In this document: positions 29,789 through 40,788 of the stretch, in pieces
How the letters are laid out: each line of letters begins with the position of its first letter
How positions within the stretch are numbered: position 1 is the first letter of the stretch
NCBI GenBank assembly: GCA_049840735.1
Contig: JASGJN010000022.1
Coordinates: 64,001-128,000 of the forward strand
Length of the DNA stretch: 64,000 nucleotides
DNA from: Anaeromyxobacter sp.
Lineage (GTDB): Bacteria > Myxococcota > Myxococcia > Myxococcales > Anaeromyxobacteraceae
Direction: 5' to 3'
Notes under the pieces: generated by a model
Databases searched by the model: none
What the model was told of the DNA's origin: nothing
Seen by the model: the letters and a program-made list of their open reading frames with translations, nothing else
Program-made: the position numbers and the translations under genes

Positions 29789-30955
29789 TCAGGCGAAGGC
29801 CGCAGCGGCGAGCTCCGCCGCCGGCCGGCGATCCGCCGAAGTCTCCTCGGCGAGGCGCGCCTCCAGGCTCGCCATGATCTCGGCGGCGGTCGGCAGCGCG
29901 CCCGCGTCCTGCTCCGGGATCCGGGTCAGGCTCTGGCCCGTGTAGAAGAGGCCGTTCTCGGTGTCGCCCTTCACGGCCGCCGCCAGGAGCGCGTCGGTGA
30001 TGCAGAAGCTCTCCTTGAAGTTGCTGGCGCGGCACAGGCACAGGCTCTCGCCCAGGCACTCGATGCACGACTTGCGGCGGCCCTCGTAGCCCTCCTTGCC
30101 GAACCACCAGGCCTTGGCCTTGGGGGGCACCGGCTCGCCGCGGGCCAGCTTCTCGGTGAAGGCGTTGCGCACCGCGCGCGCCTTCATGCCCTTCACGCAG
30201 CTGGTGATGATGACCACGTCGTCCTCGGTCTTGCCGAGGTGCATCTGCTTGAAGGCGGGGTGCACGTCGCCGTCGGCGCAGGCCAGGAACCGCGTGGCAA
30301 GCTGCACGCCCGCGGCGCCGGCCTCGAGCAGCGCCGGCACGTCCTCGGCGTCGATGCCGCCGGCCGCGATCACCGGCAGGCTGCTCGCGGCCCGGACGTC
30401 GGCCAGCAGCTCGGGCAGCTCGTGGCCGATGTCGCCGATGTGGCCGCCGGCCTTGCTGCCCTCAGCCACCAGGAAGTCGGCGCCCCACTTCTCGTACATG
30501 GCCGCCAGCCGGCCGGAGGAGACGATGCCGGCGAAGGGCACGCCGCCCTCGCGGCACCAGCGGATGATCTCGCGCGAGATCCCGGCGCCCTGCACGATGA
30601 AGGACGCGCCCTCCTCGATGGCGATGCGGGCCGAGCGCTCGAAGTCGCGCTTGTCGATGGCCGCCATCAGGTTCACGCCCACGAAGCCGCCCGGCGCCTC
30701 GGCGCGGCAGCGGCGCAGCTCGGCGCGCAGCTGCTCGGAGGTCTTGAGCACCGCCGAGACCGTGCCCACGCCCACCAGCCGCGCGCCGCTGTGGCGCGCC
30801 ACCTTGCCCGACACGCCGTCGGAGGCGTGGATGCCCATCCCGCCCTGCACCAGCAGCCGGCGGCCGCCCGCCACCACCTGCTCGATGGCGGCGCGGTCCA
30901 GGCGGGCGAGCGGCGGGACGGCCTCGTTGGAAGGGGCGATCGCGTCGAGGGACAT
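29789..30955 (-). CDS. Nitronate monooxygenase / FabK-like flavoprotein
   Basis: VQGGMG, GVNLM, EGSKAGGH, VIAAGGI and GVQLATRF motifs; C-terminal Cys cluster. Confidence 0.85.
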   Translation of the reverse strand: MSLDAIAPSNEAVPPLARLDRAAIEQVVAGGRRLLVQGGMGIHASDGVSGKVARHSGARLVGVGTVSAVLKTSEQLRAELRRCRAEAPGGFVGVNLMAAIDKRDFERSARIAIEEGASFIVQGAGISREIIRWCREGGVPFAGIVSSGRLAAMYEKWGADFLVAEGSKAGGHIGDIGHELPELLADVRAASSLPVIAAGGIDAEDVPALLEAGAAGVQLATRFLACADGDVHPAFKQMHLGKTEDDVVIITSCVKGMKARAVRNAFTEKLARGEPVPPKAKAWWFGKEGYEGRRKSCIECLGESLCLCRASNFKESFCITDALLAAAVKGDTENGLFYTGQSLTRIPEQDAGALPTAAEIMASLEARLAEETSADRRPAAELAAAAFA

Positions 30956-31232
30956 GGCGGGCTCCACGGCGCCGGGGAGTGGAACGGCGCGGTTCGAGCG
31001 TCACGCTACGTGGAGACTGTCATGCGATCGTCACGGGTCCAGCCGCCGCCGCTGCCGCAGCGCGGCGTGACCGGGCGCACGGCGCGGATCGCGCTGGACG
31101 CCAGCCTGATGCTGCAATCGATCGCGTCGCGCAAACTTCACGCGCGCGCCGCGCGGCGGTCACCTGGGGCGCGCAGTCTCGCCGCAGTCCTCCGGCCGGT
31201 CCGGGGGATCGCGCAGGACGGCGGGGGGCACG

Positions 31233-32438
31233 ATGCTCGAGGCGATCTCCACCACGCTCTTCGCCCTGGCCGCGATCGGGCTCGCCGCGCTGCTCGTCCA
31301 GCACGGCGCGCTCCGCTCGCACCTGCGCCGGCCCGGCGCGCCGGTACGGGGCGACTCCCTCGACCCCGGCCCGGCGCGGCCGGCCCCTCCCATCTCCATC
31401 CTGAAGCCGCTCTGCGGCGACGACGACGACCTGGCCGCGAACCTGGCCGCGTTCGCCGCGCTCGACTACCCGGCCTACGAGGTGCTCCTGGGCGTGAAGA
31501 GCGCGCGCGATCCGGCCTTCGCGCCGGCGCTGGCCGCGGTCCGGCGCTGGCCGGGGCGCATGCGGCTGGTGCTGCAGCGCTTCGACGAGGGCCTGAACCC
31601 CAAGGTGAACCAGCTGGTCGGGCTGGCCCGCGCCGCGCGCCACGACCTGCTGCTCATCTCCGACTCGAACGTGCGGGTCGGCGCCGGCTACCTGCGCGGC
31701 GTCGGCGAGGCCATGTCGGCGCCCGGGGTCGGGCTGGTGACGCACCCGGTGGTCGGCGCCGGCGAGCGGCGGCTCGGGGCGCTGCTGGAGAACCTGCACC
31801 TGGCCGGCGCCGTCGGGCCCGGCATGGTGGCGGCGCAGCGGCTCTCCGGGCGGGCCGTGGTGGTCGGCAAGTCGATGGCGCTCTGGCGCGCCGACGTGGA
31901 GCGGCTGGGCGGCTTCGAGTCGATGAAGGACGTCCTCGCCGAGGACCACCTGCTGGGCGTGCGCGTCGCCGACGAGCTGGGCAAGCGGGTGGTGGTGGCC
32001 CGGGCGCCGGTGGTGAACGTGAACCAGGACCGCAGCGTCCGGGCCTTCCACGGCCGCTACGCCCGCTGGAGCGTGCTGCAGCGCAAGCTGGTGGGGACGC
32101 CGGTCTTCGCCGCCCAGGCGCTGCTCAACCCCGTGCTGCTGGCCGCGCTGGGCGCGCTGGCGGAACGCGACGCGCGCGCGGGGGCGCTCCTGGCCGCGGT
32201 CTGCGCGGCCAAGTGCGCGCTGGACGGCGCCAGCGCGCGGCTGCTGCGGCCCGGCGGCTTCCGCCTGCGGGCGCTGCTGCTGGTGCCGCTCAAGGACCTG
32301 GTGCTGGGCGCGGCCTGGGCCCAGGGGCTGGTGTCCGACCAGGTCGACTGGCGCGGCCACCGGCTCCGGGTCCTCCCCGGGACGCGGCTGGCGGCGGTCG
32401 AGGGGGAGGGTGAGGAGGCGCTGGGGGCGGAGGCCTGA
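31233..32438 (+). CDS. Ceramide glucosyltransferase / HpnI-like glycosyltransferase
   Basis: SILKPLCG, NPKVNQL, ISDSNV, LAEDH and RYARW motifs. Confidence 0.85.
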   Translation: MLEAISTTLFALAAIGLAALLVQHGALRSHLRRPGAPVRGDSLDPGPARPAPPISILKPLCGDDDDLAANLAAFAALDYPAYEVLLGVKSARDPAFAPALAAVRRWPGRMRLVLQRFDEGLNPKVNQLVGLARAARHDLLLISDSNVRVGAGYLRGVGEAMSAPGVGLVTHPVVGAGERRLGALLENLHLAGAVGPGMVAAQRLSGRAVVVGKSMALWRADVERLGGFESMKDVLAEDHLLGVRVADELGKRVVVARAPVVNVNQDRSVRAFHGRYARWSVLQRKLVGTPVFAAQALLNPVLLAALGALAERDARAGALLAAVCAAKCALDGASARLLRPGGFRLRALLLVPLKDLVLGAAWAQGLVSDQVDWRGHRLRVLPGTRLAAVEGEGEEALGAEA

Positions 32439-32535
32439 GCGCGGCGCACCCCGCGGAGCCTGCGACCCCTCCGCGCGCTCCCGAACGTTCACCTGACGTG
32501 GCCCGGCCGCTGGGGTACGCTCGCCGCGCCCCGCC

Positions 32536-33882
32536 ATGCCGTCCACGCCCGCCCAGCCCCCCAAGCCCGTCGTCGTCGCAGTGGACATGGGGTACGGCCA
32601 CCTGCGCGCCGCCACCCCGGTGGCGGAGGCGCTGGGGCAGCCGGTGCTGAAGGTGGACGAGCCGCCGCTGGTGCAGCCGCAGGAGGTGAAGCTCTGGCGG
32701 CGGCTGCGCGGCGCGTACGAGTGGGTGTCGCGCCTCTCGCAGCTCCCCGTGGTCGGCGCGCCGCTCCGCTACGCGCTCGACTCGATGACCAACATCCCGC
32801 GGCTCCACCCGTACCGCGACCTCTCCGCGCCCACGCGCGGCGTGCTCACGCTGGAGCGGATGGTGCGGCGCAACCTGGGGCAGGGGCTGGTCGAGCACCT
32901 GCGCGACACCGGCGCGCCGCTCCTCACCACCTTCTACTCGCCGGCCATCGTGGCCGACCGCGCCGGGCTGGAGCGGATCGCCTGCGTGGTCACCGACACC
33001 GACATCAACCGGATCTGGGCGCCGGTGGACGCGCGCAACACGCGCATCCAGTACCTGGTCCCCACCCGGCGGGCCGCGCGCCGGCTGCAGGCCTACGGCG
33101 TGCCGCCGGAGCGGATCACCTTCACCGGCTTCCCGCTCCCCGAGGCGCTGGTGGGCGGGCCGTCGCTGGCCACGCTGAAGCGCAACCTGGCCGCGCGCAT
33201 CGTGCGGCTCGACCCCTCGGCCGAGTTCCGCCGCTCCATGCCGGAGGAGCTGGCCCACTTCCTGGGCGCGCTGCCGCGCGAGGAGGAGGGCAAGCCGGCG
33301 CTGATCACCTTCGCGGTGGGCGGGGCCGGCGCGCAGGCGGGGATGGTGGGCGCGTTCCTGCCCGGGTTCCGGCGCGCGCTCGAGTCCGGCCTGGTGCGCT
33401 TCGCGCTGGTGGCCGGCGTCCGGCCGGAGGTGGAGGCGCGCTTCCGCGAGGCCATCCACCGGGCCGGGATGGAGCCGCTGCTGGGCAACGGCATCGACCT
33501 GCTGGTGGCCGGCTCCTTCCCCGACTACTACGCCCGCTTCAACGCGCTGCTGGCCCGCACCGACGTGCTCTGGACCAAGCCCTCCGAGCTCACCTTCTAC
33601 GCGGCGCTGGGGCTGCCGCTGGTGCTGGCCCCGCCGGTCGGCGTCCACGAGCGCTACAACCGGCGCTGGGCGCGCGAGAGCGGCGCGGGGCTGAAGCAGC
33701 GCGACGCCGGCTCCGCCGCGGAGTGGATCACCGACTGGCTCGCGGACGGGCTCCTGGCCGGCGCGGCCTGGGCCGGCTACATGCGGCTGCCCAAGTTCGG
33801 CCTCTACCGGATCCTCGAGGCGCTGGGCGAGCTGCCCGCCGCGGGTCGCGCGGCCGACGGCCACGCGGGGCTGGCGCCCTAA
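32536..33882 (+). CDS. GT-B fold glycosyltransferase-like protein (MGDG synthase-like)
   Basis: DMGYGHLRAA, VVTD, TGFP, LWTKPSE and HERYN motifs. Confidence 0.65.
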   Translation: MPSTPAQPPKPVVVAVDMGYGHLRAATPVAEALGQPVLKVDEPPLVQPQEVKLWRRLRGAYEWVSRLSQLPVVGAPLRYALDSMTNIPRLHPYRDLSAPTRGVLTLERMVRRNLGQGLVEHLRDTGAPLLTTFYSPAIVADRAGLERIACVVTDTDINRIWAPVDARNTRIQYLVPTRRAARRLQAYGVPPERITFTGFPLPEALVGGPSLATLKRNLAARIVRLDPSAEFRRSMPEELAHFLGALPREEEGKPALITFAVGGAGAQAGMVGAFLPGFRRALESGLVRFALVAGVRPEVEARFREAIHRAGMEPLLGNGIDLLVAGSFPDYYARFNALLARTDVLWTKPSELTFYAALGLPLVLAPPVGVHERYNRRWARESGAGLKQRDAGSAAEWITDWLADGLLAGAAWAGYMRLPKFGLYRILEALGELPAAGRAADGHAGLAP

Positions 33883-33960
33883 CTCGTCCGGGGGGGTTCC
33901 TGGCGGGTTCCGCTGGGAACCCCTGGGGGTCTGTGGCACGCTGTCACGCGCGGAGCGCGC

Positions 33961-35902
33961 GTGAAACGAGCCCAGCCAGAGCAGGAACTCCTCGCCAGCT
34001 GGCAGCTCCTGTCCGCGCTGGTGGACCGGAGCCCGGACCTCATCTGGACGGTGGACGCGCGCGAGTTCCGGATCCTGACCTTCAACCGTGCCCTGGCCCG
34101 CCAGTTCTCGGCGCGACGCGGCCTCACGCTGCGCACGGGCCTGACGCAGGCCGAGCTCTGGCCCGAGCCCGACCTCCGCGAGTGGTTCTGCGACCTGTAC
34201 CGGCGCGTGCTGCGGGAGGGCTCGCTCGAGCAGGCCTATGCGAACCCGCGCGGCGACCTGGAGCTCGACCTCCACTGCGAGCTGCTGCGCCACGCCGAGG
34301 AGCCGTTCGCGATCGCGGTGTTCGCGCGCGACGTCTCCGCCGAGCGGCGGGCGGCGCGCGAGCTGCGCGAGAGCGAGGAGAAGTACCGGCGGCTGGTGGA
34401 GGAGGTGCCGCTCGGCATCTTCCGCCGGTCCCTGGAGCCGGACGTCGGGTACGAGTACGTCAACCCCAGCCACGTGCGGCAGTTCGAGTGCGCCAGCGTG
34501 GAGGAGTTCCGCGCGCAGTACGATCGGCTGAGGGAGTGGACCGAGCCCGAGCCGTACGCGGCCTTCGTGACCCAGCTCATGGCCGAGGGGCGGGTGGACG
34601 GCTACGAGGTCGAGGTCCGGCTGCGCAACGGCCGGCAGAAGTGGTTCTCGATCTACGCGCGCGTGGACGGCGGGCGCCGGTCGGTGAGCGGCTTCCTGCA
34701 CGACATCACCGCCCAGAAGCAGGCCGAGGCGGAGCGGGCGCGCCTGCGCGAGGAGCTGCACCGGGGCCAGAAGCTGGAGGCGCTGGGGCGCCTGGCGGGC
34801 GGGGTGGCCCACGACTACAACAACCTGCTCACGGTGGTGCAGGCCGAGGTCAGCTACGCGCTGCACGTGCTCCCGGCGGGCGGGGAGGTGCGCGAGGCGC
34901 TCGGCGCCGTGCTGGAGGCCAGCGGCCGGGCCTCGGCGCTGACGCGGCAGCTGCTGGCCTTCGGGCGCAAGCAGGTCCTGCGGCCCGAGCCGCTGGACCT
35001 GAACCGGGTGGTGGCGGGGCTGGAGAAGATGCTGCGGCGGCTGGTGGGCCAGGGCGTCGAGCTCCAGGTGGCGCTGGGCGCGGAGCCGGGGCTGGTGCTG
35101 GCCGATCCCGTCCAGCTGGAGCAGGTGCTGCTGAACCTCGTCATGAACGCCCATGACGCCCTGCCGGCGGGGGGCGCCATCACGGTGCGGACCGCGGCCG
35201 CGGTGCTCGACGCGGCGCGCGCCGACCCGGCCGGCGTGGCGCCCGGCGCGTACGTCACGCTCTCGGTGACCGACACCGGCGCCGGCATGGACGAGGCCAC
35301 CCGGGCCCGCGTCTTCGAGCCGTTCTTCACCACCAAGGCGCCGGGGAGCGGGGCCGGGCTGGGGCTGGCCACCGTGCACGGCGTGGTGAAGCAGTCCGGC
35401 GGCGGCGTGGTGGTGCGCAGCGCGCCGGGGGCCGGCTCCACCTTCGAGGTGCTGCTGCCGCGGCTGGAGGGGAGCGCGCCGCACCCGGCGCCGCCCTCGC
35501 CGGGGCCGGAGGCCGTCGGGAGCGAGACCATCCTGGTGGTGGAGGACGAGCCCGCGGTCCGCGAGAATCTGCCGCCGCGCGCTGGAGGCCTGCGGGTACA
35601 CGGTGCTGACGGCGGCCGGGCCGGGCGAGGCGCTGCTCACCTGCGAGGTGCAGGGCGACCGGATCCAGCTGCTGCTCACCGACGCCGTCATGCCGCAGCT
35701 GGGCGGGGCGGCGCTGGCGGAGCGGCTGATCCGGCGCCACCCGGCGCTGCGGGTGCTGGTCATGTCCGGCCGCGCCGACGCCGACACCCGCAAGGCCGAC
35801 GGCGCCGCCTTCGGCTTCCTCCAGAAGCCCTTCACGGTGGGTGCGCTCGCGGGCGCCGTGCGGGCGGCGCTGGACGGGGCCCCGGCCGGCGGGTCACGCT
35901 GA
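33961..35902 (+). CDS. Hybrid PAS-PAS histidine kinase with receiver, apparent frameshift at ~35566
   Basis: GGVAHDYNN, LLNLVMNA, DTGAG, FEPFFTTK and GLGL motifs; receiver completed by ORF 35603..35902. Confidence 0.9.
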
Positions 35903-35920
35903 GGCAGACGGGAGACGCAC

Positions 35921-37261
35921 GTGGCGCAGCCGCTCATCCTGCTGGTGGACGACGAGGCCGCGATCCGCTTCTCGGTGGGGCGCTACCTGGGCGCGCGCGG
36001 GTTCGAGGTGGTGACCGCGGACGGGGTGGCGGCGGGCGTGGCGGCCTTCCGGGCCCGGACGCCCGACGCCGCGGTGATCGACTACGAGCTGGGCGACGGG
36101 GACGCCATCGAGCTGCTGGGTGCGTTCCGGGCCATCGACCCGGCGGTGCCGGTGGTGGTGGTGACCGGCCACGCCACCATCGACCGCGCCGTGAAGGCGG
36201 TGAAGGAGGGGGCGGAGAACTTCCTGGTGAAGCCGCCCGATCTCACCGCGCTCACGCTCACGCTGGAGCGGGTGCTCCAGCGCCGCCGGCTGGAGCGGCG
36301 GGAGGCGGCGCGCGGCCGGGGCCGCCGCGCGCTCCCGGATCCGTTCATCGGCGACAGCCCGGCCATCCGGCGGCTGGCCGACCTGGCGCGCCGGATCGCG
36401 GCCAGCGACACCCCGGTGCTGATCACCGGCGAGACCGGCAGCGGCAAGGGGGTGCTGACGCGCTGGCTGCACGCCCACGGGCCGCGGGCCGAGGAGGCGC
36501 TGGTGGAGCTCAACTGCGCCGGGCTCAACCGCGACCTGCTGGAGAGCGAGCTCTTCGGCCACGAGCGCGGGGCCTTCACCGGCGCGGTGGCGGCGCGCGC
36601 CGGGCTGCTGGAGGCGGCGCACCGGGGCACGCTCTTCCTGGACGAGATCGGCGACATGGACCCGGCCGTCCAGCCCAAGCTGCTCAAGGCCATCGAGGAG
36701 GGCACGTTCCGCCGCGTGGGCGAGGTGGAGCCGCGCGCGGTGGACGTGCGGCTGGTGGCGGCCACGCACCGCGACCTGCCCGCGCTGGTGCGCCAGGGGC
36801 GCTTCCGCGAGGACCTGCTCTTCCGGATCAACGCCGTCCCGCTGGAGGTGCCCGCGCTGCGCGAGCGCCCGGAGGACATCCCGGCGCTGGCGGCCTGGTT
36901 CCTGGCCGAGCGCAGCGCCTGCCGCGGCAAGGCGCTCTCCCCCGCCGCGCTGGCGCGGCTGCAGGCGTACCGCTGGCCGGGCAACGTCCGCGAGCTGCGC
37001 AACGTGCTGGAGCGCGCGGCGGTGCTGGCCGCCGGCGACCTGCTCGAGGCCGAGGACATGCGCTTCGACGCGGCGCCCGGCGGCGCCGCCGCGGACGAGG
37101 ACGGGCTGACGCTGGCGGAGGTGGAGCGCCGGCAGATCGAGCGGGCGCTCCGCGCCGAGGGCGGGCGCGTGGTGGCCGCCGCCCGCCGGCTGGGGATCCC
37201 GCGCTCCACGCTGTACGAGAAGCTGAAGCAGCACGGCCTCACCTCGCGTCCCGAGGACTGA
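35921..37261 (+). CDS. Sigma54-dependent response regulator (NtrC family)
   Basis: REC domain, GETGSGK, GAFTGA, FLDEIG, WPGNVREL and a Fis-type HTH. Confidence 0.95.
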   Translation: MAQPLILLVDDEAAIRFSVGRYLGARGFEVVTADGVAAGVAAFRARTPDAAVIDYELGDGDAIELLGAFRAIDPAVPVVVVTGHATIDRAVKAVKEGAENFLVKPPDLTALTLTLERVLQRRRLERREAARGRGRRALPDPFIGDSPAIRRLADLARRIAASDTPVLITGETGSGKGVLTRWLHAHGPRAEEALVELNCAGLNRDLLESELFGHERGAFTGAVAARAGLLEAAHRGTLFLDEIGDMDPAVQPKLLKAIEEGTFRRVGEVEPRAVDVRLVAATHRDLPALVRQGRFREDLLFRINAVPLEVPALRERPEDIPALAAWFLAERSACRGKALSPAALARLQAYRWPGNVRELRNVLERAAVLAAGDLLEAEDMRFDAAPGGAAADEDGLTLAEVERRQIERALRAEGGRVVAAARRLGIPRSTLYEKLKQHGLTSRPED

Positions 37262-37332
37262 TCGGCGCAGCCGGCGCCATGGGGCTTCAGGCCTCAGGCT
37301 GCAGGAGACGCGTCGGCTCACCCCGCCGCGGC

Positions 37333-37368
37333 CGTCCGGAGTCTGGACGGGCGTCCAGAAGCTGGACG
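37333..37368 (+). promoter_or_regulatory. Tandem 17 bp palindromes, candidate enhancer (UAS)
   Basis: CGTCCGGAGTCTGGACG at 37333..37349 and CGTCCAGAAGCTGGACG at 37352..37368. Confidence 0.65.
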
Positions 37369-37419
37369 CCGCCCTCGCCGCGGCGGCGACAACCCCGCGA
37401 GCTTGCTCGCCCGGCTGCC

Positions 37420-37435
37420 TGGCCCGGGCCGTGCT
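37420..37435 (+). promoter_or_regulatory. Candidate sigma54 promoter TGGCCCG-GGCC-GTGCT
   Basis: GG-N10-GC spacing, downstream of the tandem palindromes and a bEBP gene. Confidence 0.6.
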
Positions 37436-37447
37436 CTGCCTCCGGAC

Positions 37448-38014
37448 GTGATCGATTCCAGCCAGGACGACGAGGGCCTCGTGGCCCAGCTGCGGAGGCG
37501 GCTGCGCCAGGCCGAGGCCGACGCGGACGCCGCCCGCCGGGCGCTGGCCGCGGCCGACCAGCGCTCGAGCTGGGCCATGACGCTCTTCGCGGTCTCCTGG
37601 CGGCTCCACCAGGCCCGGACCGCGGCCGCGCTCTTCGCCGCCCTGGACGAGGTGGCCGCGGAGGTCCTGGACGGCCGCGCGCTGGCGGTCTACCTGCGCG
37701 AGCCGGGCGGGTCCGGGCTGCGCCTGGCCCACGCCGGGCGCGGCCCCGGGCTGCCGGCCTCGGCCGTGCTGGGCGAGGGGCTCGTGGGGCGCGCCGCCGC
37801 CGAGGGGCGCACCCAGCACGCCCCCGCGGCCGGCGACGGCCCCTGCCTGGCCATCCCGCTCGGCGCGCCGCCCCGCGTGCTGGGCGCGCTGGCGGTGCAC
37901 GATCCGGCGCGGGCCGGCCCGCTCGACGCCGATCGCACCGAGCTCCTGCAGGTGGTCGCCCGCATCGCCGCGCACCAGCTCCCCGAGCTGCTCCCCCTCC
38001 CAACCCACCCCTGA
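37448..38014 (+). CDS. Coiled-coil + GAF domain protein
   Basis: LGEGLVGRAA, LAIPL and VLGALAV motifs; start codon uncertain. Confidence 0.7.
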   Translation: MIDSSQDDEGLVAQLRRRLRQAEADADAARRALAAADQRSSWAMTLFAVSWRLHQARTAAALFAALDEVAAEVLDGRALAVYLREPGGSGLRLAHAGRGPGLPASAVLGEGLVGRAAAEGRTQHAPAAGDGPCLAIPLGAPPRVLGALAVHDPARAGPLDADRTELLQVVARIAAHQLPELLPLPTHP

Positions 38015-38032
38015 TCCTCTCCTGGAGCCCGA

Positions 38033-40787
38033 ATGCTGAAGCAGCTCAAGACCGGAACGAAGATCCTCCTCTCCTACGCCGTGCTCATGGTGGTCCTGGC
38101 CGTGGTGGGCGCGGTAGCCTTCCGCGCGCTGGAGCGCGTGGCGGACCGCCTGCACGTGTTCGCCACCGTGCGCTACCAGGCGGCGCACGAGCTGGCCGTC
38201 ATCGAGGAGGCGCAGACCGACTCCCTGCGGGCCATCTACGGCCTGTTCAACCGCTCGACCCTGCCCGAGCGGCGGGTGGAGCTGCTGGCGGAGCACGAGG
38301 TCGCGCTCGAGCGGATGCACGCGGCCTGGGCGCACTACGGGGCGCTCCCGCTGACGCCGGAGCAGGTCCAGGCCTGGCAGGCGATGGCCGGGCCCTGGAA
38401 GGAAGGGGAGGCCATCGGCCAGGCGTTCCTGGCGGCCTACCAGGAGCGGGCGGCGCTGGAGGAGAGCGGGCTGACGCAGGAGGACCCCCGCTGGAAGGCT
38501 GCCCACGACCGCTGCCGCGAGCAGATCAGGGCCATGGACCGGGCCCAGAAGGTCAGCGACCCGCTGCTCCACAGGCTGGAGGCGATCACCGGCGAGCTGG
38601 TGGATCGCGAGCGCGCCGAGGGCATCGCCGAGGGCGACGCCGCCTCGCACACCCTGGTGGCCGGGCTGGCGGTGGCCTTCGCCCTCATGCTCGGGCTGGG
38701 GCTGTACCTCGCCCGCGCCATCGCCCGGAACATCGGCGCGCTGCTCGCCCAGGCGCGACGGCTGGCCGGCGCCGTGGAGGAGGGGCGGCTGGGCGTGCGC
38801 GCCGAGGTGGGCGCGGTGACGCCGGAGTTCCAGGCCCATCCTGGCCGGGATGAACGACACCATGGACGCCTTCGCGCGCCCGCTGGCGATGGCCTCCGGC
38901 CACCTGGAGCGGCTCGGCGCCGGGGACGTCCCGCCCCGCATCACCGAGGCGTACCAGGGGGACTTCAACCGCATCAAGGACGACCTCAACGCCTGCACCG
39001 ACGCGGTCAACCGGCTGGTGGCCGACGCGCTCCTGCTCTCCGAGGCGGGCCAGGCCGGCCGGCTCTCCGTCCGCGCCGACGCCGGCCGGCACCAGGGGGA
39101 CTTCCGGAAGGTGATCGAGGGCGTCAACCGGACGCTCGACGGCGTCACCCGCCCGCTGGCCACCGCCGCGGGGCTGGTGCAGGAGATCTCCCGCGGCAGC
39201 ATCCCCGCGCCGGTGACCGAGGCCTGGGCCGGCGACTTCGACGCGCTCAAGGGCTCGCTCAACCGCTGCATCGAGGCCGTGAACCGGCTGGTGGCCGACG
39301 CGCAAGAGCTGGCCCGGGCCGGCGTGGAGGGGCGGCTGGCCACCCGCGTCGACGCCACGCGCCACGAGGGCGACTTCCGCAAGGTGGTCGAGGGCGTCAA
39401 CGCCACGCTGGACGCGGTGGTGGGGCCGCTCACCGTGGCCGCGCACTACGTGGAGGAGATCGCCGCCGGCAACGTCCCGCCCGCGATCGCCGAGAGCTAC
39501 CCGGGCGACTTCGAGACGCTCCGGCTCAACCTCAACGGCTGCATCGCCGCCATCAACCGGCTGGTGGACGACGCCGGCCGGCTGGTGGAGACGGCCGTGG
39601 GCGGCCAGCTCGGCACCCGGGCCGACGCCGGGCGCCACCGGGGCGACTTCCGGCGCATCGTGGACGGCGTCAACCGGACGCTCGACGCCGTCATCGCGCC
39701 GGTCACCGAGGCCACGGCGGTGCTGGAGAAGCTGGCCCGGCGCGATCTGCGCGCCCGCGTGGCGGGCGACTACCAGGGCGACCACGCCGCCATGAAGCGG
39801 GCCCTCAATGGCACCGCCGAGGCGCTGCACGACGCCCTGGGCCAGGTGGCCGGGGCCGTCGAGCAGGTGACCGGCGCCAGCCAGCAGATCGCGGCCTCCA
39901 GCGAGGCGGTGGCCTCCGGCGCGAGCGAGCAGGCCTCCTCGCTCGAGGAGACCTCCGCCAGCCTGGACTCGGTGCTGGCCCTGACGCAGCAGGCCTCGGC
40001 CAGCGCCCAGCAGGCGAACGGGCTGGCGCAGGCGGCGCGCAACGCCGCCACCGAGGGCGCGGCGGCGGTGGAGCAGATGCAGGGGGCCATGGGCAAGATC
40101 CGCGAGAGCGCGGAGGGCACCTCGCAGATCATCAAGGACATCAACGACATCGCCTTCCAGACCAACCTGCTGGCGCTGAACGCGGCGGTCGAGGCGGCGC
40201 GCGCCGGCGAGGCGGGGCGCGGGTTCGCGGTGGTGGCCGAGGAGGTCCGGAGCCTGGCGCTGCGGGCCAAGGACGCCGCCGCGCGGACCGAGGCGCTGAT
40301 CCGCCAGTCGGTGCGGGAGGCCGCCGAGGGCGAGCGCAGCGCCGCGCACGTCACGCAGAAGCTGGGCGAGATCGTCCGCGGCACCGGCAAGGTGGGCGAC
40401 ATCGTGTCGGAGATCGCGGCCGCCGCCGGGCAGCAGGTCACCGGCATCGACCAGGTGAACCGCGCGGTGACCGAGATGGACAAGGTCACGCAGCAGAACG
40501 CCGCCTCGGCGGAGGAGTCCTCCTCCGCGGCCAGCGAGCTGAACGGCCAGGCCGAGGAGCTGGCGGCGATGGTGGCCGGGTTCCAGCTGGAGCGCGCGGC
40601 CGGATCGGGCGCGCGGGCGGTGGTGCGCGCGCGCGCCGTGAAGCCGGCCCGCGCCGCTCCTCCGCCGGCGGGCAGCCCCCGCGCCGCGCCGCCGGCGCGC
40701 CCGGCGAAGCCGGCCCACCCGCCCCGGCTGGTGGCGCTGGAGAGCTTCCCCATGGACGACGGCCCGACCGATCCCCTGGACTTCTGA
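38033..40787 (+). CDS. Methyl-accepting chemotaxis protein (4HB sensor, poly-HAMP), apparent frameshift at ~38835
   Basis: TM-4HB-TM in ORF 38033; HAMP repeats and [30 protein letters not shown] in ORF 38850..40787. Confidence 0.9.
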
Positions 40788-40788
40788 G

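Noticed and set aside
33934..33949. Sigma54 promoter upstream of the PAS kinase (TGGCACG)
   Set aside because: The -24 element matches, but there is no TGC at the required -12 spacing.
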